From Dimorphilus gyrociliatus (Eukaryota; Animalia; Annelida), in assembly GCA_904063045.1 (NCBI GenBank), contig CAJFCJ010000010.1, positions 1,550,001 to 1,614,000 of the forward strand: a DNA stretch of 64,000 nt. The letters run 5' to 3'. A program made the translations under genes and the position numbers. A model generated the notes under the pieces. It had not been told where the DNA came from, did no database searches, and saw only the letters and a program-made list of their open reading frames with translations. Shown here piece after piece: positions 39,124-51,900 of the stretch (position 1 is the first letter of the stretch; every line of letters starts with the position of its first letter).

Positions 39124-39754
39124 ATTTATTTGTTGATGTTGTTAAAATGTTTTTATTAATGTAAATATCTCCCTCTCAACGTTCCTTCTGTACTTCTTTA
39201 CATCTGGTCAGAGCTTTGTCCGGGTAGGCGGAAGGGAGAGGGGGAAGGCGGTCGGTAAACGAGAGAGACGCACACAATACTTGTCGGAGGTGAGCGATAG
39301 AATGCGAGAGAACTAGGCAAAGAACATTTTGTATACACAAATTATTTGAAGTCTTGTGTAAACGTGCTTCGCACTTATCGAAAGCGAGTGATTATGGAGG
39401 TCGACTTATCGACTATTTTTTAGGCAATGACAAGACTGTTTTTGTTTCTACTTATCAATGAAAATGACAGCTTTTAATTTGCTTTTTCATTATGTATGTA
39501 TAGTTTCTTTTTTGCTAACAACAATAGACCAAATTGTTAAAAAATATAACTGATAATTTATTAACATAACGGACAAATAATTTGAATATTTTATTGTATA
39601 CAGCGTCACCTATAGTTAATATGTGTTTACATTTCTTACTTTTATTGTTGTGGTTGTATACACAAAAAGTATACTCTCTTCAAGTTGATTTATGTTATTT
39701 TTTACGCAATTACAGCATATTTTATTCAGATAAATTTTAAACAGTTTAGATTGA

Positions 39755-42700
39755 TTAACTCCTCTTTTCTTTATATTTATCGTCCGCCGAAACCCAATTT
39801 TCACATTCGTTTATAAGGCTTTCAACATTTTTGAAATGAGTTTTATCTTTCAAACTCTCATAAATAAACCTTGGTATTGTGCCAGGGTCGAGTTCTATAT
39901 TCTCACAGTTCCTGCAGTCTTTTAAAGTTTCTTCAATTAGATTTAATTCTATGTCGCCCTCAACGGGAAGAAGTTCTTTGAATCTTTCTATGTCAGATAT
40001 TACTTCGTCCAGACAATAGGCAATGAATTTTGCAATAATCCACTTCAGTGAGAAGAACATTTTGCATTTTGCGATATCAAGAAATTTTGGATTAACCTCT
40101 TTCGATCTGGCCAAATGATAGGGCAGGCAATTTAATTTCCTGCGATTACCGGGTATTGTCTTTTGCGGACTGTTAAAAGGTTGAAAAATGAGAAATCATC
40201 TGGTACCTTAATTAATAAAAACACAGATTAAATCAGGTTAAGCTACTCACCGAATAAGCCTGTCTGCGTTTTCTATAGTGACCTTTCTATGTTTTAAAAT
40301 AATGGTTCTCCGAAGCTCGCTTTCTTGGAGAAACATATCGCTTATGTGCTTATGAATGGTATCTTCGAGTCGTGTCAGATACTTATCTTTAACAACTTTT
40401 CGAAACTCTTTATGAAACCAGGTAAGTGTTAATTTTCCATCGCAATGTGTTTCGAGGAGGAAGTCGTCAATATGATGGCGAATACGCACCCAATGCAAAG
40501 TAGGAATTCGAATATAGTGTTCAAAAGGTGGATGAAGATCCCTATAAACTTCATCTAAAATATCATCGTTCATAGAGAGTAAATCCTCAAGTTCAGTAGC
40601 AGTTACACCACCGCGGCAGACTGTTATATAGGATAGAGCGTATTTTATCGTTTCCTTCCCGTAGTGGCATTCAAGATTTTTAAACAAATTTCCTATGGCC
40701 AATCGCACATTACAGGCTACATGTTTGAAATCCAAGGCATTATATGATTTGAGTAGGACAGCTTCGTCCATTAATAATTTCAAGTATAATGAATTTGAGC
40801 AATTGCTTATAGCTTGGTCTATAACTGACCGTTGTTCGGGTGTCAACACCCTGTTCTTTTTATTTAGGATATAATCTATCATTTCCTTAGCTTCCTCTTC
40901 ATTAAACCTATCTACCTTTAAAAAATTCTCTTCACATCCTTCTTCCGGCATTTTGTCATTTAAGGCCCTGATAATTGTTGAGTTGCTTCCTACGCCATCG
41001 GATAAGCTGACTATTATAAAGACACCATCAGGTAATATACCAGGTAACCAACTTAATTCATGAGCATTTTGATTATTATCTATTTCATCAATACCGTCTA
41101 GTATTATAACAATAGTCTCCTCTATCTTTTTTATTAATGATATTAAAGTTTTGGATAGATGGCTAACATCCATTACAACTTTGGGTAGAGGAATACGAGC
41201 TATTGCTGATAGTTGATAACATATACTATGCAACAGATCTATAACATTGCAAGACGGCGTAGACGTGGCAACAAATCTGATTAGCACAATAGTATCCTCT
41301 CCCAACCAATCGGGTATCAGTTTGGCAATCTTGGCGCAAATACAACTCTTTCCTACTCCTGATTCACCATAAATCGCATAAGGATGTCTATTAGGATCTT
41401 CTTGAAGAAGGAGTTCCTTTATTTGTTTAAGAACACTAGTTCTTTCAATTGGACTAGATTTATATAAACTTTCACACATTATTGCATGATGAAGAATTTC
41501 ATTAAATTCTACATCTTTCTGAGCTTCGATATGCTCAGATTCTACGCAATTTTCAATGAAATGAGTGCAATCCTCTATAAAATCTGATGTATAATTTGCA
41601 ATGTAATTTCCTTTACCTTTTTGGCCAGCCAATTGAAGGACCTGATTAGCGAATTCAGTAACGTAACAACGATAGTTATGACCCATTAGATTTTTGGATG
41701 TTCTATATTTTAAATCTTTAATGGCATTAGTAGCTTCCCAATCTTGAATTGTTTTATTCTCAAATTCCATAGTATCAATATATATCGACATGAAATTTTG
41801 ATTTTCAGCCGTTTTAAGTCCTTTAACAGTTCTATCGTATACCATACTACGTTCCGTTTTGAATTCGTTTTCAAAGACTCCTAAATGAAGTTCGATATCA
41901 GTTACAGAACCAACATAAGATCTACGAACTTCATCGGAAAAAAGTCCCTCAGCATGAGCCAGAGTTGATACTCTAACCAATAGCTGTCTTATTTTTAGAT
42001 ATATTTGACGCCATTCCTTTCGATCTCTTTCACGAAAGTCTGCATTTTCTATATCTGAATCCAAGAAGTACTGCAATTTGCTGTTGATCGGCTTTTATAA
42101 AGAAAATAAAAAACAATAATAAATAAATTAAGTTTTTTTGGCAAATAAACACCTGAAGAATATAAACAGGTGGAATATTATTTTCGTCTAACAGATACCA
42201 ATCTTGCATTAGATTCCAATGTTCAAAGCTTTTATCCTTTGTAAATTTTTTTATAATCTCCCAATGATTCTCACATATTCGGCTAGGCAAAGGCCTATAG
42301 CCGTATTTACTACCCAGAAGGCACTAAAAAATTATTGTCAAATTAGAAGAGAAAGAATAGCTTGATACTAACTAACCGCAAAATGATGTCCTATACTTAA
42401 TCTTTTGCATCTCAATAGCTCTTCTTTCATTAAGTCAGTAAGATTATGCTCATTTTGAGCATCAGCAGTGATTGCCCATCTTAAATCAACAATGTGAAAA
42501 TCAATTCCAGCTCTCCTACAAAAAGTTGCAACTTTTTGTGATGCCTTTAAAATTCCCAATCGTTCAGTTTTCATATCTGTAAATAAGAATGTAAGCTCTT
42601 TTTATAAAAAATAATTAAGCAAAACATTTATAAATCATTTAACAATAGGTAAGATTATTGAGGATTATCAGAGATTATAATAGCACTTTATTTTTAGTTT

Positions 42701-44777
42701 TTATGCGAATTATAGTGAATAAAAATGTACCTGTCACACTTCCACTCAAATACAATCGCACTTGACCTGTAGGGATAGGAGGAAGATTATCGCATTTTCC
42801 GCGGAGGACATTCATTCTTTCTTCGCTAATATTCTTGTTTAATAATAGTTCCTTTCTATCTTCTTTTCTTTCTAAAGCCTTACGAACGTCTGCCAACTGA
42901 AGTTCGAATAGAGTAGAAAATTCCTCGTGAACAACGGGTCCTATTGTTGCTGTTTCTTCAGCAGGCGTTTCTTCTGCAACTGTTACTGCTACTTCATTGT
43001 CAATAGTTGATTTACAGATATTTTCGCTATGGGAGCTTTCTTCTTCGTGATAAGGCAGAGGAGATTTTTCATTAAGTATAATAGTAGGACTTCTTGCAGA
43101 TTTAATTTCGGGAGTTGGGCTTGATTTATCAAACCTCTTTCTGTGAAAGAATTGAGTACTTTGGCGATGTATTGAATTCTGTTGGACAGGTAAAATACTC
43201 GTCGATTGTCTATAGAGTCCTTGATGTGGAACCTAAAATGACCAATTGTTTTATAGAAATTACTTTTGAACATAGTCAAAACGCTATGCTACTATATGGT
43301 TAAATAAAACACATCAGAGCCTAGCTGTAACAGCTAGGTAGAAAGAAAGAATTGCATTTCTAGAGATCAAAGATTACAGGGCAATAAATTAATTGTAATC
43401 CTAAACAAAATAGAACAACAAAACAACCGAATAAACTAACCTTTTGACCTGATAAATATGAATCAACTGTCAATAAATTGTCCAAGGACGAGTCGGCTTT
43501 GTTATTAAATCCCATAGACGTTAACTGTTTAGCTAAAAGACTTGGATTCATAGATTGTCTAGGTGTGCTCTTTAAGCTTTCTGTGTTGTGCCGTAATGCA
43601 GGCAAATGATGAGTTCTCTGAAGTCCTTTACTAGGACATTCAGCAGTACTCCATCTTCTGGTAGGTTCGCCCAATACTTGTAGTTTTTCAAGACTTTTCT
43701 TATTAGTCTAAAGAGGTGATTATAACAAAATAAGTGGTTTTCTTTATAAATAAAAGTTATATTACTAAGATTAGTAAAAAATAAAAGAACGTTAATTTTT
43801 TTTATTAGAATCGTTAAAATTTCATAAGAATGTTGGCGTTTTGTCATTTTATTAGTAGCCTATATACTGAATCTATTTTTATTTGTTTATATCTATATTA
43901 AGTGCATTTATAGCTAAATATATATATATATATATATACTTACTTTACCCGATAGATTATCGCAGCTAGCTGTGGGGGTCATTTTTTTGTTATTTATATT
44001 ACCCAAATATAAGTTTCTATTGATTCTCCCCTTATATATATATATATAAATTTATATTAAGAAAAACGATATTTTAGCAAGAATTTACCGTGTAAACTCA
44101 TTAACTTATTATTTCTTTGAATTTTAACGCCATTAGGTGTATTTGTAGAAAGCCATTGGGGTATGGAATCTAGACGCTCTTGACCCAACTTAAAAAAGAG
44201 ATTATATAGATAGTTAATTTATTTAAAAGAATTTATGAATGATATTACTATTTGCATAAGATTAATATACCATTTTACACACTGAAACCTTTCAGAAAGA
44301 ACTGTTATTTGACTAGTATTTATTCCATTCGATCTACCCCTCATTACAGATTATATTAACAAGAAAACACGAAAATTTGCTATACGATTCAACAAAATAA
44401 ATAACGTAAGCATGAACGCACCAGTTAATTATATCTATGAATAAAAGTTTTCAAACATTATTAAAAGTAGAAATAATTAAGTCTTATGTATACTGAAACC
44501 AATTTGAGACAGCCATATTGTTTAGCTTAGAAACAATAAATCTATATAGTAATATACTTTGAAATAAGATATCTTTTCCTGCCGGTATCTTTACAATTAG
44601 TTTAAACTTTATAATGCAAATAGAAAGATTTTGCGGATAGTTGATCTATTCAACTATCGATTCAATTAATTAAAATATTTCATTGGTTCAAAAGTAAACG
44701 GAAGAGTTCATTAGAAAAGTTTTAAGTAAATAATAATAAAAAAAATAACTTACACGAAACTCGTCGCCCTTTTTCAT
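39755..44777 (-). CDS. DUF4062-like + NACHT (STAND) NTPase of the NWD1/NWD2 type, lacking WD40 repeats; 7 exons, about 1139 aa
   Basis: Exons 44777-44754 (tentative), 43707-43441, 43232-42731, 42576-42377, 42323-42153, 42091-40251 and 40169-39755. Motifs: VRLYLSGSVTDMKTER..FHIVDLRW, LLGSKYGYRPLP, Walker A GESGVGKS, Walker B IVIILDGIDEI, ELSWLP, LYLKL, GVTATELEDLLSMNDDIL, NRRKLNCLPYHL. In-frame stop at 39755 with AATAAA about 30 nt downstream (39726-39721). Confidence 0.85.
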
Positions 44778-44798
44778 GATTTATCCGCTGTTTACTGC

Positions 44799-44812
44799 AA
44801 CTAGCAACCCTG
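44799..44812 (-). promoter_or_regulatory. RFX-like half-site CAGGGTTGCTAGTT
   Basis: Identical to 36504-36517; 22-35 nt upstream of the tentative NACHT gene ATG at 44777. Confidence 0.4.
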
Positions 44813-45446
44813 TCATATTCAACTCGCCTTTGTAGGCAAGTCGATTTATGATCAACAAAGGGGGACCCTGTCTATTTTTACTCTTGCCCTTTTTTTTTCA
44901 AGTAACCAACAATCGCTGTATTTCGAGTATAAGCCGATTCGCTTTATTGCAATCTATAGCTCCTATTGAGGACAGAATTGTTAAATTTTTAAACAAAAAC
45001 ATTCAATTTATAAAATATCAGAAATTTTTGTCTTTTAGTAATATTCTTATTTGTTTAATTTATTGTAATCTTTGATATCAATATTTCGTATGGGTCCTGC
45101 TCTCGTTAGCATTATCGATTAATGAGGTTAGGTGTACATTTGATTACCTGTATCTAAAATATAATAACATTTTTAAGATATGCAATATTTCAATATAAAT
45201 AATATATATATATCTGCGTTTAGTACGTTCGTAAAAACATATACAGTGTTTATTGATCTTGTTCAAGTCGTGACCATAACGAACGTACAAATCGTTCGAT
45301 TTGTTATTATTTCTACGTTTTTTCTTTTTTGAACGCTAAAAATATGAATAGACTAATGTCATTTGCTTTTGAAACTATATAATTTGTGATTTAATGAAAT
45401 ATATTCCGTCTTATCGTTGATAAGTCATAAAAGTTTAATCTCTATA

Positions 45447-46208
45447 TTAAAAGTTCTTTATGTGCGATAAAATCTCTTGTGCAATTTCCAGAATACTCTT
45501 ATTTACATCAATTAGTAAAATGTTTGGTTCACTTTTCTCCGACAATTCAAGTGTTTCAAATTGAGATTGTAATAGTGATGGCGGCATGAAATGGCCCTTT
45601 CTATTCAGTAGTCTTTGTTGAATTATATTCTGATCTCCGTTAAGGATTACAAAAATAATGCGATCGGTTGTATTGCCCAAGGGGTTTATCTTTAAGTCGT
45701 TGTCGAATTGTCCGTTTAGAATTTGACGATAGTACACTTTTAAGGCAGAGCATGCTAAGACGTAGGATTTCTTGGGCATGTCATAAAGAGGCCACCTTAA
45801 CGGTTAAGTCATTGTTAAATATTAAAGCAATTCTAAATGGCTCTAGGCTCACTCACTTCAAAATGAGTTTCCTCAGAGTAATTAGCCAAGCTAATCGATC
45901 TTCGTCTGTTAGGGCTTCGCTTCGAGACATTTTACTCTTATTTTCCTCAGAATGATAGTCGTCGGCATCAACAAACTCCGAACCTGGAATCTAATCCAGC
46001 TCCAAGCCTAAAAAATTTTAGAGTTTCAACCAAAAAAAACTTACCAGCTCCTCCAAAGCCTTTCCAACAGTTGTTCTACATGAAATACAAATAGTAATCA
46101 ATTTAATCAATGAATAGTACTATTGAATTTTATAGATTTGATAGAATTTCGTTGTAAATACTTTCCGCAGCCGGAAACTCCACATAGCACAATCACTAAA
46201 GGTTCCAT
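45447..46208 (-). CDS. IDNK: Gluconokinase (IdnK/GntK family), 4 exons, about 186 aa
   Basis: Exons 46208-46162, 46075-46045, about 45990-45857 and 45795-45447 give IVLCGVSGCGKTTVGKAL (P-loop), FVDADDYHSEENKSKM..LTDEDRLAWL, VLACSALK..YRQIL, RKGHFMPPSLLQSQFETLE. Confidence 0.93.
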
Positions 46209-47353
46209 TCCCTTTTTTAATACTCTAAAAATTGAAAAATATTGATCAATTTGGATTTTGATTTTTCCGCTAATATACGAATTCATAAATGATAAATAGA
46301 AGCTTAATGAAATTAAGATTACAACAGTTTTAAAGAACTTTACGAAAAGAGGATTAATGGAATAATAATATTTCAATGAGTAAATTTCAGCTCATAAAGC
46401 CATTAGTCTAGGCTTAAACAGATAAAGATAAACAATTTTTCGTAAGCTTAAGTACCTAAGACTTTTTTATCCTTTAAAAAAGACCGAATGGACAGAAGAT
46501 ATATGAAATCTGATGGGCAGACTTCTAAATAATAACATCCTAGATAATATAGTTTGTTATTTTATGATTAGCAATAAGTAATATCGATAACTGATGCTAT
46601 TCATCATACTCTTTGATTTGAATACTGAAATTCTGTTAGACTTTCATGTACTCATGTAGTAAGAGAAATAAAATCGAATATTCCAAGAATTACGAAATGC
46701 TTCGCTATGAAAGTATATTATTTTTTATGTAAAACTTCTTGTTTTTTTTTCTTTCTAGGGCAATATCCTTAATGGAGAGCATATCAATTGTCCAAAGACA
46801 ACACATTTCGTCAATATTCCTTTCTCTCCTTTCTGAGAAAAAATGAATAATTAAGAGGATTTATTTTGTAACATTCTTCGTAATTGCCATATTTTAATAC
46901 GCAACGGTAAACAGACGCGAGTAATTGCACGTAAAAACGGCCCTAAAATTTTTTATTTATAATAATTTATTTTAAAAAATGCACGTTTACAGTTGAAAGT
47001 ATTCAATAAAAGTAGTTTATTGCCTTTATATGGGTGTTAAATTATAAATAAATCTATATTTAAAAGTGTAGATGTATTTATACATATTTTATAGAAATTA
47101 ACACAAGTTTAATGTCTATTAAAATTCTAATAAGTTCACTTCTACGCGGCAGCTTGAAATTCGTCAATAAACTTTATTTAGAAAATCTTTTTATCTAAGT
47201 ATAGTAGTTCATTTTATCTCATATTTTATTTACTTTCCATAGGAACTATTTTGAGTTCCATCATTCGGCGGCAAAACAACAAGCTGGTACTATTTTAATC
47301 ATTAATTTCGGTTACACAATACGAACCCGTTTATCATTGGAAACGGGGTCACC

Positions 47354-48669
47354 ATGTTTAAAGCGGGCGAAAATCCTCACGATAGTTCCATTCCAGACAC
47401 TTCTCAGGAAAATGGCCAACTTCAATTTAGCTTACGAAACAATCCAAACTTTAGGAAGGCGCTTAAGGCAAATGAAGACTTTTTAGAGGCCATTGGTATA
47501 ACGAAAGACCTACCCTCCGGCTTGGAACATATCTCCTATATTCGAAAATTATGCACCATGTTCTCTTTTGATTGGTCGCGTTTCTTTTCAGCTGGAAGAA
47601 ACGAAGTGTATAGTTATTATCTACGACATTTTAAGCAGAAAGTGGAAGTCGACGTTATCAAAAAGTTTGCTTTTATTTTTACGTATATCTCTTTTCAAAT
47701 TATTGTCACTCTTAAGGCAAATGCCGAGGTCAAATATCGTTGTCCTGTTAAGCGATGTAGGCTTGGGAAGACTTCTGAATGAAATTCGAGCAATGGGATT
47801 TTCAATTATCTGCCACTTTTCAGATAGTCACTTAGCAGACGCATATGAAAAATTTGAGAAAAAATGGTAATTTTATTGATATTTTCACATAACTACTTTT
47901 CAATAAAATCAACATTTGTGTTGTTAATTTCAGTCGCGAGGGTATGAATTCAGACTCTTTGACAATATACCCCTACTTCAGCCATCGCAAACTTCTCAGT
48001 AAAAGAGTTTGTTTAGTTAGCTTTTCACATTTAACAAAGGTACCATTATTTTTTATTCATTTCAGAAAATTGATGTTACTTTTCCTGAAACTGAGGCAAT
48101 AGAGTTGTTGAACAAAACGGATCGCAGAAAACAAGATTATAGAATGGCAGTGGGAAATTTTGTCAATCATTTTGGGCATGATAGCATGAAAAGTTTTCTC
48201 TATTTATTCATTATGTAAAAATAATAACTTAGCATTAATTTTTAGATAACTATAAAATCATTATTACTGGGCGAAAATTATCAAATATTCCCGATGTCAT
48301 TTCTTTTATTGAGGCAGTCTATTTGGTTTTAGACAACGATGGCATTTGGATACATCAAGGTGAGAAGTTTATTTCGATAGTAACTAAATCTAAATAAATG
48401 TTTCATAGGAATTTATGAAGAAAATGAGATAGAACAACCAAAGTATCCCCAGCTAACTAGAGAAAGTTTAGTGGATATAGCTCGAATGTGCGGTTTCAAG
48501 ATAGTTGAAAATGTATGTTTTTACTTAATTTTTTCAACCAGAATTTGAATAATTTAGCTTTGTAAATTTAAAGAGCACGGGTTTATTAAATGATCTGAAA
48601 ACCAGCAAGCGAGAACCAATGAGCGATAAAATAGATGCTATTCTTCAGCTTTGTTTCGTTAAAAACTGA
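47354..48669 (+). CDS. Highly divergent carnosine N-methyltransferase 1 (C9orf41/N2227)-like protein; 5' end uncertain
   Basis: Phase-consistent exons (47354 or 47364-47664, 47717-47866, 47934-47998, 48066-48192, 48246-48359, 48409-48513, 48574-48669; possible extra exon 47243-47286). They give blocks collinear with CARNMT1: FDWS..GRNEVY, VVLLSDVGLGRLLNEI, TIYPYF, VTFPE, MAVGNF, VISFIEAVYLVLDNDGIWIHQG, LTRESLVDIARMCGFKI. Confidence 0.75.
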
Positions 48670-48950
48670 GTTTTGTTTTGTTCTGGTCAATATTTTATAA
48701 CTACGAAATTTTGGCTTTGTACTATCAATTTATTTGCATTGTACATTTTCATATTCTTCAATTGTCACATTCGTTCTACTGACTAAATTGATAAAGAAGT
48801 TATTGAAAAAATTAAATTTGGTAGCTCATTACAATTAAAAGCAAAAATAACAACTATACTGAAAAATCAGTGCAATCTAATCATACATAACACTAAACAA
48901 AAATTCAGAGGATTGTTTAGTTAAACACAAAGAAACGAGTATCTCTAACG

Positions 48951-51900
48951 TCAATTAACATATTCTAGTTCTGATAATATCTGAGGAATATGAAGAAAAT
49001 TTATTACAAAGTTCACACAAAGAAAGTGATTTTACCTGATTCAATTGGTCATCATCAGATATATTTGGATATTGAGAAGGCTCTTCAACATTAGTATTTG
49101 GTATATTTTTGTCAACAAGATCCAAGTGACTACTGCTATGTCTACCCACATCGTCGCTCAGCGGCAAAGGTTCACTAGCTTGATGCCCTTCACTTTCAAT
49201 ATCCTCCGGTTGTTTTATCTCTAAAAGCTTATCCAAATCTAATTCCATCCAGTTGGTAGATTCGTTCTTTGAAAAGGTATTTTCACTTGCAGTGCTTTGG
49301 CCAGCACTTACCTGCTGCTGAAGGTCTGCACATGCTGCTCTCCTAGTTTGGTCACCATGGTTTTGTAGGTACTGATATCCAGGATTTGAACTTTCTACAA
49401 AATCTAGGAAAATGTTACATGATAAATTCGGTTAATTTTCAATTCACTACAAAACAGTTCTTAAATTATCTTGTATAACTTTGGCGTTAGTTTGAAACTT
49501 AACAAAAGTTAGTTATTGTTTTTTGGTGAGTGCTTTTCTTATATTATACATTACTATTATATAAGATTTTAAATATATCTCACCAGGACATGTTGGGCAG
49601 GCGTACCCTTTCCGATAATTTTCTCCGAAGTAATGGAGAGCTACTGACTTAAACTTACGAGAACATTGAGAACATAGCGTTATTTTGCTATCAATGGATC
49701 TTACAGAAGGAACGCTAGAGACGAGAGGACCGTCATTAGCTTGCATTTTGGCTATTTTACAATATCTGCAATTTTCTTTATAAGCATATCTCATACTATT
49801 GATAAATTCAGCCTGATCATCTTGTCCAGAAGTAGTTTTAAAACCATAATCTCCATTAATCAAGTGTTCTTCGAATTGGGTTTCAGAATTAATAACATTT
49901 TGGCACACACAGCAATGACTTTGCAAATGTTGCTGATTATGATTGTTGAAGTCCAAACTGTTTTCAAAGACTAAATCACAGAATAGACAAGTTCTTCTCT
50001 GCTTAAAAGAAAAATACAATAATTATAAATTACACATAAAACTCACTCACAAATAAAGAGCTATCGTCTATCTTTTTGTCGAGCATTTCAGAGAGAGTTT
50101 CGTTGCCTAGAGCTTCGGCAACAGATGACATCTGTTGAGAGGATTTTTCTGGTTTATTTACAATTGCTTTTGTTGTTGAAAGTTGCCGACGATGCTTAGT
50201 TAAATAATGAATATCAATAACGGAATTTCTCACGAAGGCAGAACAGAATGTACAATCAACGATTACATCCATGTCAGGATGATCTACTTGAAAATGCATT
50301 TTATAATGATGGGGTGAGTTTTCCTGACTATAACACACAGGACATTCTAATTTGCTATGAGTTAGTAAATGAGTCTTCAACTTCAGACCAAAGAAACCTT
50401 CTTCTTCACACACAGGACAATAAAATCCGTTTGGATAATGTTTCATAAATAAATGGCGTCGAAAATTATCACAACATTTAAAGTTAGCGCCGCAAAAACA
50501 TGTTTCCTCAAATAAGTTGGTTTCAGCTAAATGTTCGTTGATTATATGCAGATTGCAGTCTCTCTTATCGTTGAAAAGGCCCTTACAAATGTAGCAAATT
50601 GTTTTTTCTTTACCATGAACAAATCTGAAATGATTTTCCAATTCAGTTTCTTCTTTAAATGACATCGAACAATCTTGACAGTAATATAGACTGCTTGGAG
50701 GATAGGTGATTGCTCCTGCTATTAATTGTATGAGCTGTTAAAAAAAGAGATTTGTATTTTGAAAACTCTTACCGTCATAAAAAGTATTTTGAACAGGTTC
50801 TACGAAACTGTCTTGAGTCTCTTGAACAGTTTCTGGCATCATTACGTAGGCTGAGAGTGTTGGTGTTGTTGCGATTGTAGACATTGAATATGAATCTTCT
50901 ATTGGTTCGTAATTTTGAGAGAATGAATTATTCATTGTGTAATTTGGAATTTCATTGTATTGGAAATCATTTTTATTAATGCCATAAGCAAAATTTTGAA
51001 CAGCATCTGTAACTGAGGTCATTCCTATTGAACAGTAAGTCATAAAAGATGTTACTAAAATTAAACTAAAGTTTGGCCTCTTACCAGGAATATACTGAAT
51101 GTCTGCACTATGGTTAGCTGGTACTGGTTCTTCCGGCTTAACAAGAAAAGATGTAATACTTGGTAAATCTAACCCACTAGTCCTTCGCTTCTTACCAGAT
51201 ACGTCAACAGAAGTAGTAGAGATTATATTTTTATTTATAGGTGTTGCAAAGGGATTGATATTTGGTTCAAATTCTCTGTGACTCATGAAGTCATTGTCAT
51301 CATTGTAAAAAGGTCTTTTTACGAGTAGTGGAGATTTTTTTGGTATTGGATCTAAAGTCGGTTCAGGCACAGGTTTTACAACAGGTAAAGAAGAACTGTT
51401 AAAAATTTTATTCATGAGCCTGTCTCTTTCTTCCATGACCTATAAGTTTGTATATATTTTATATATTTTATGATAGAAATGGAGACTTACAGCAGAAAGA
51501 TTGTTCACTGACTCAATAGACGTTTGTAAATATTTCTTGGAATCAAGATTATCAATAATTTCTGGCTCTGGACGAACTTTGAGAGATTTCTTAACTCCTT
51601 TTGTCTGTTTAATAACTCTCTCGAAGTGCTTTATAATGTAATGAGTTGCTATATCATGATATTCTGTAACCTCCGAACAAAACATACATGAAAAGGCAAT
51701 ATCGTTGGTGTTGTGAAATTTAATACAGTGATCCCTTAAACCATTCAAGTTAGAAAGATGAAGTCTGCAAATATCGCATTTATATTTGGATTTCCAAAAC
51801 TTCCTTAGGTAATGACATTGAAATAGGTGCATATTGAAATGCCCCTTATAAAAAAACACTTTTTTGCATAGAAAGCAACAATAGTGTATGTTGTGATCCT

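Noticed and set aside
39755-44777. Possibility that the NACHT gene is NPHP3, the inversin partner, given its proximity to INVS
   Set aside because: There are no TPR repeats, and the motifs (KYGYRPLP, ELEDLLSMNDDIL, RKL..LPYHL) are NWD1/NWD2-like.
10157-46208. Idea of a sugar-acid metabolic cluster linking the COG3964 deacetylase and gluconokinase
   Set aside because: They are about 33 kb apart with several unrelated genes between them, and nothing in the sequence links them.
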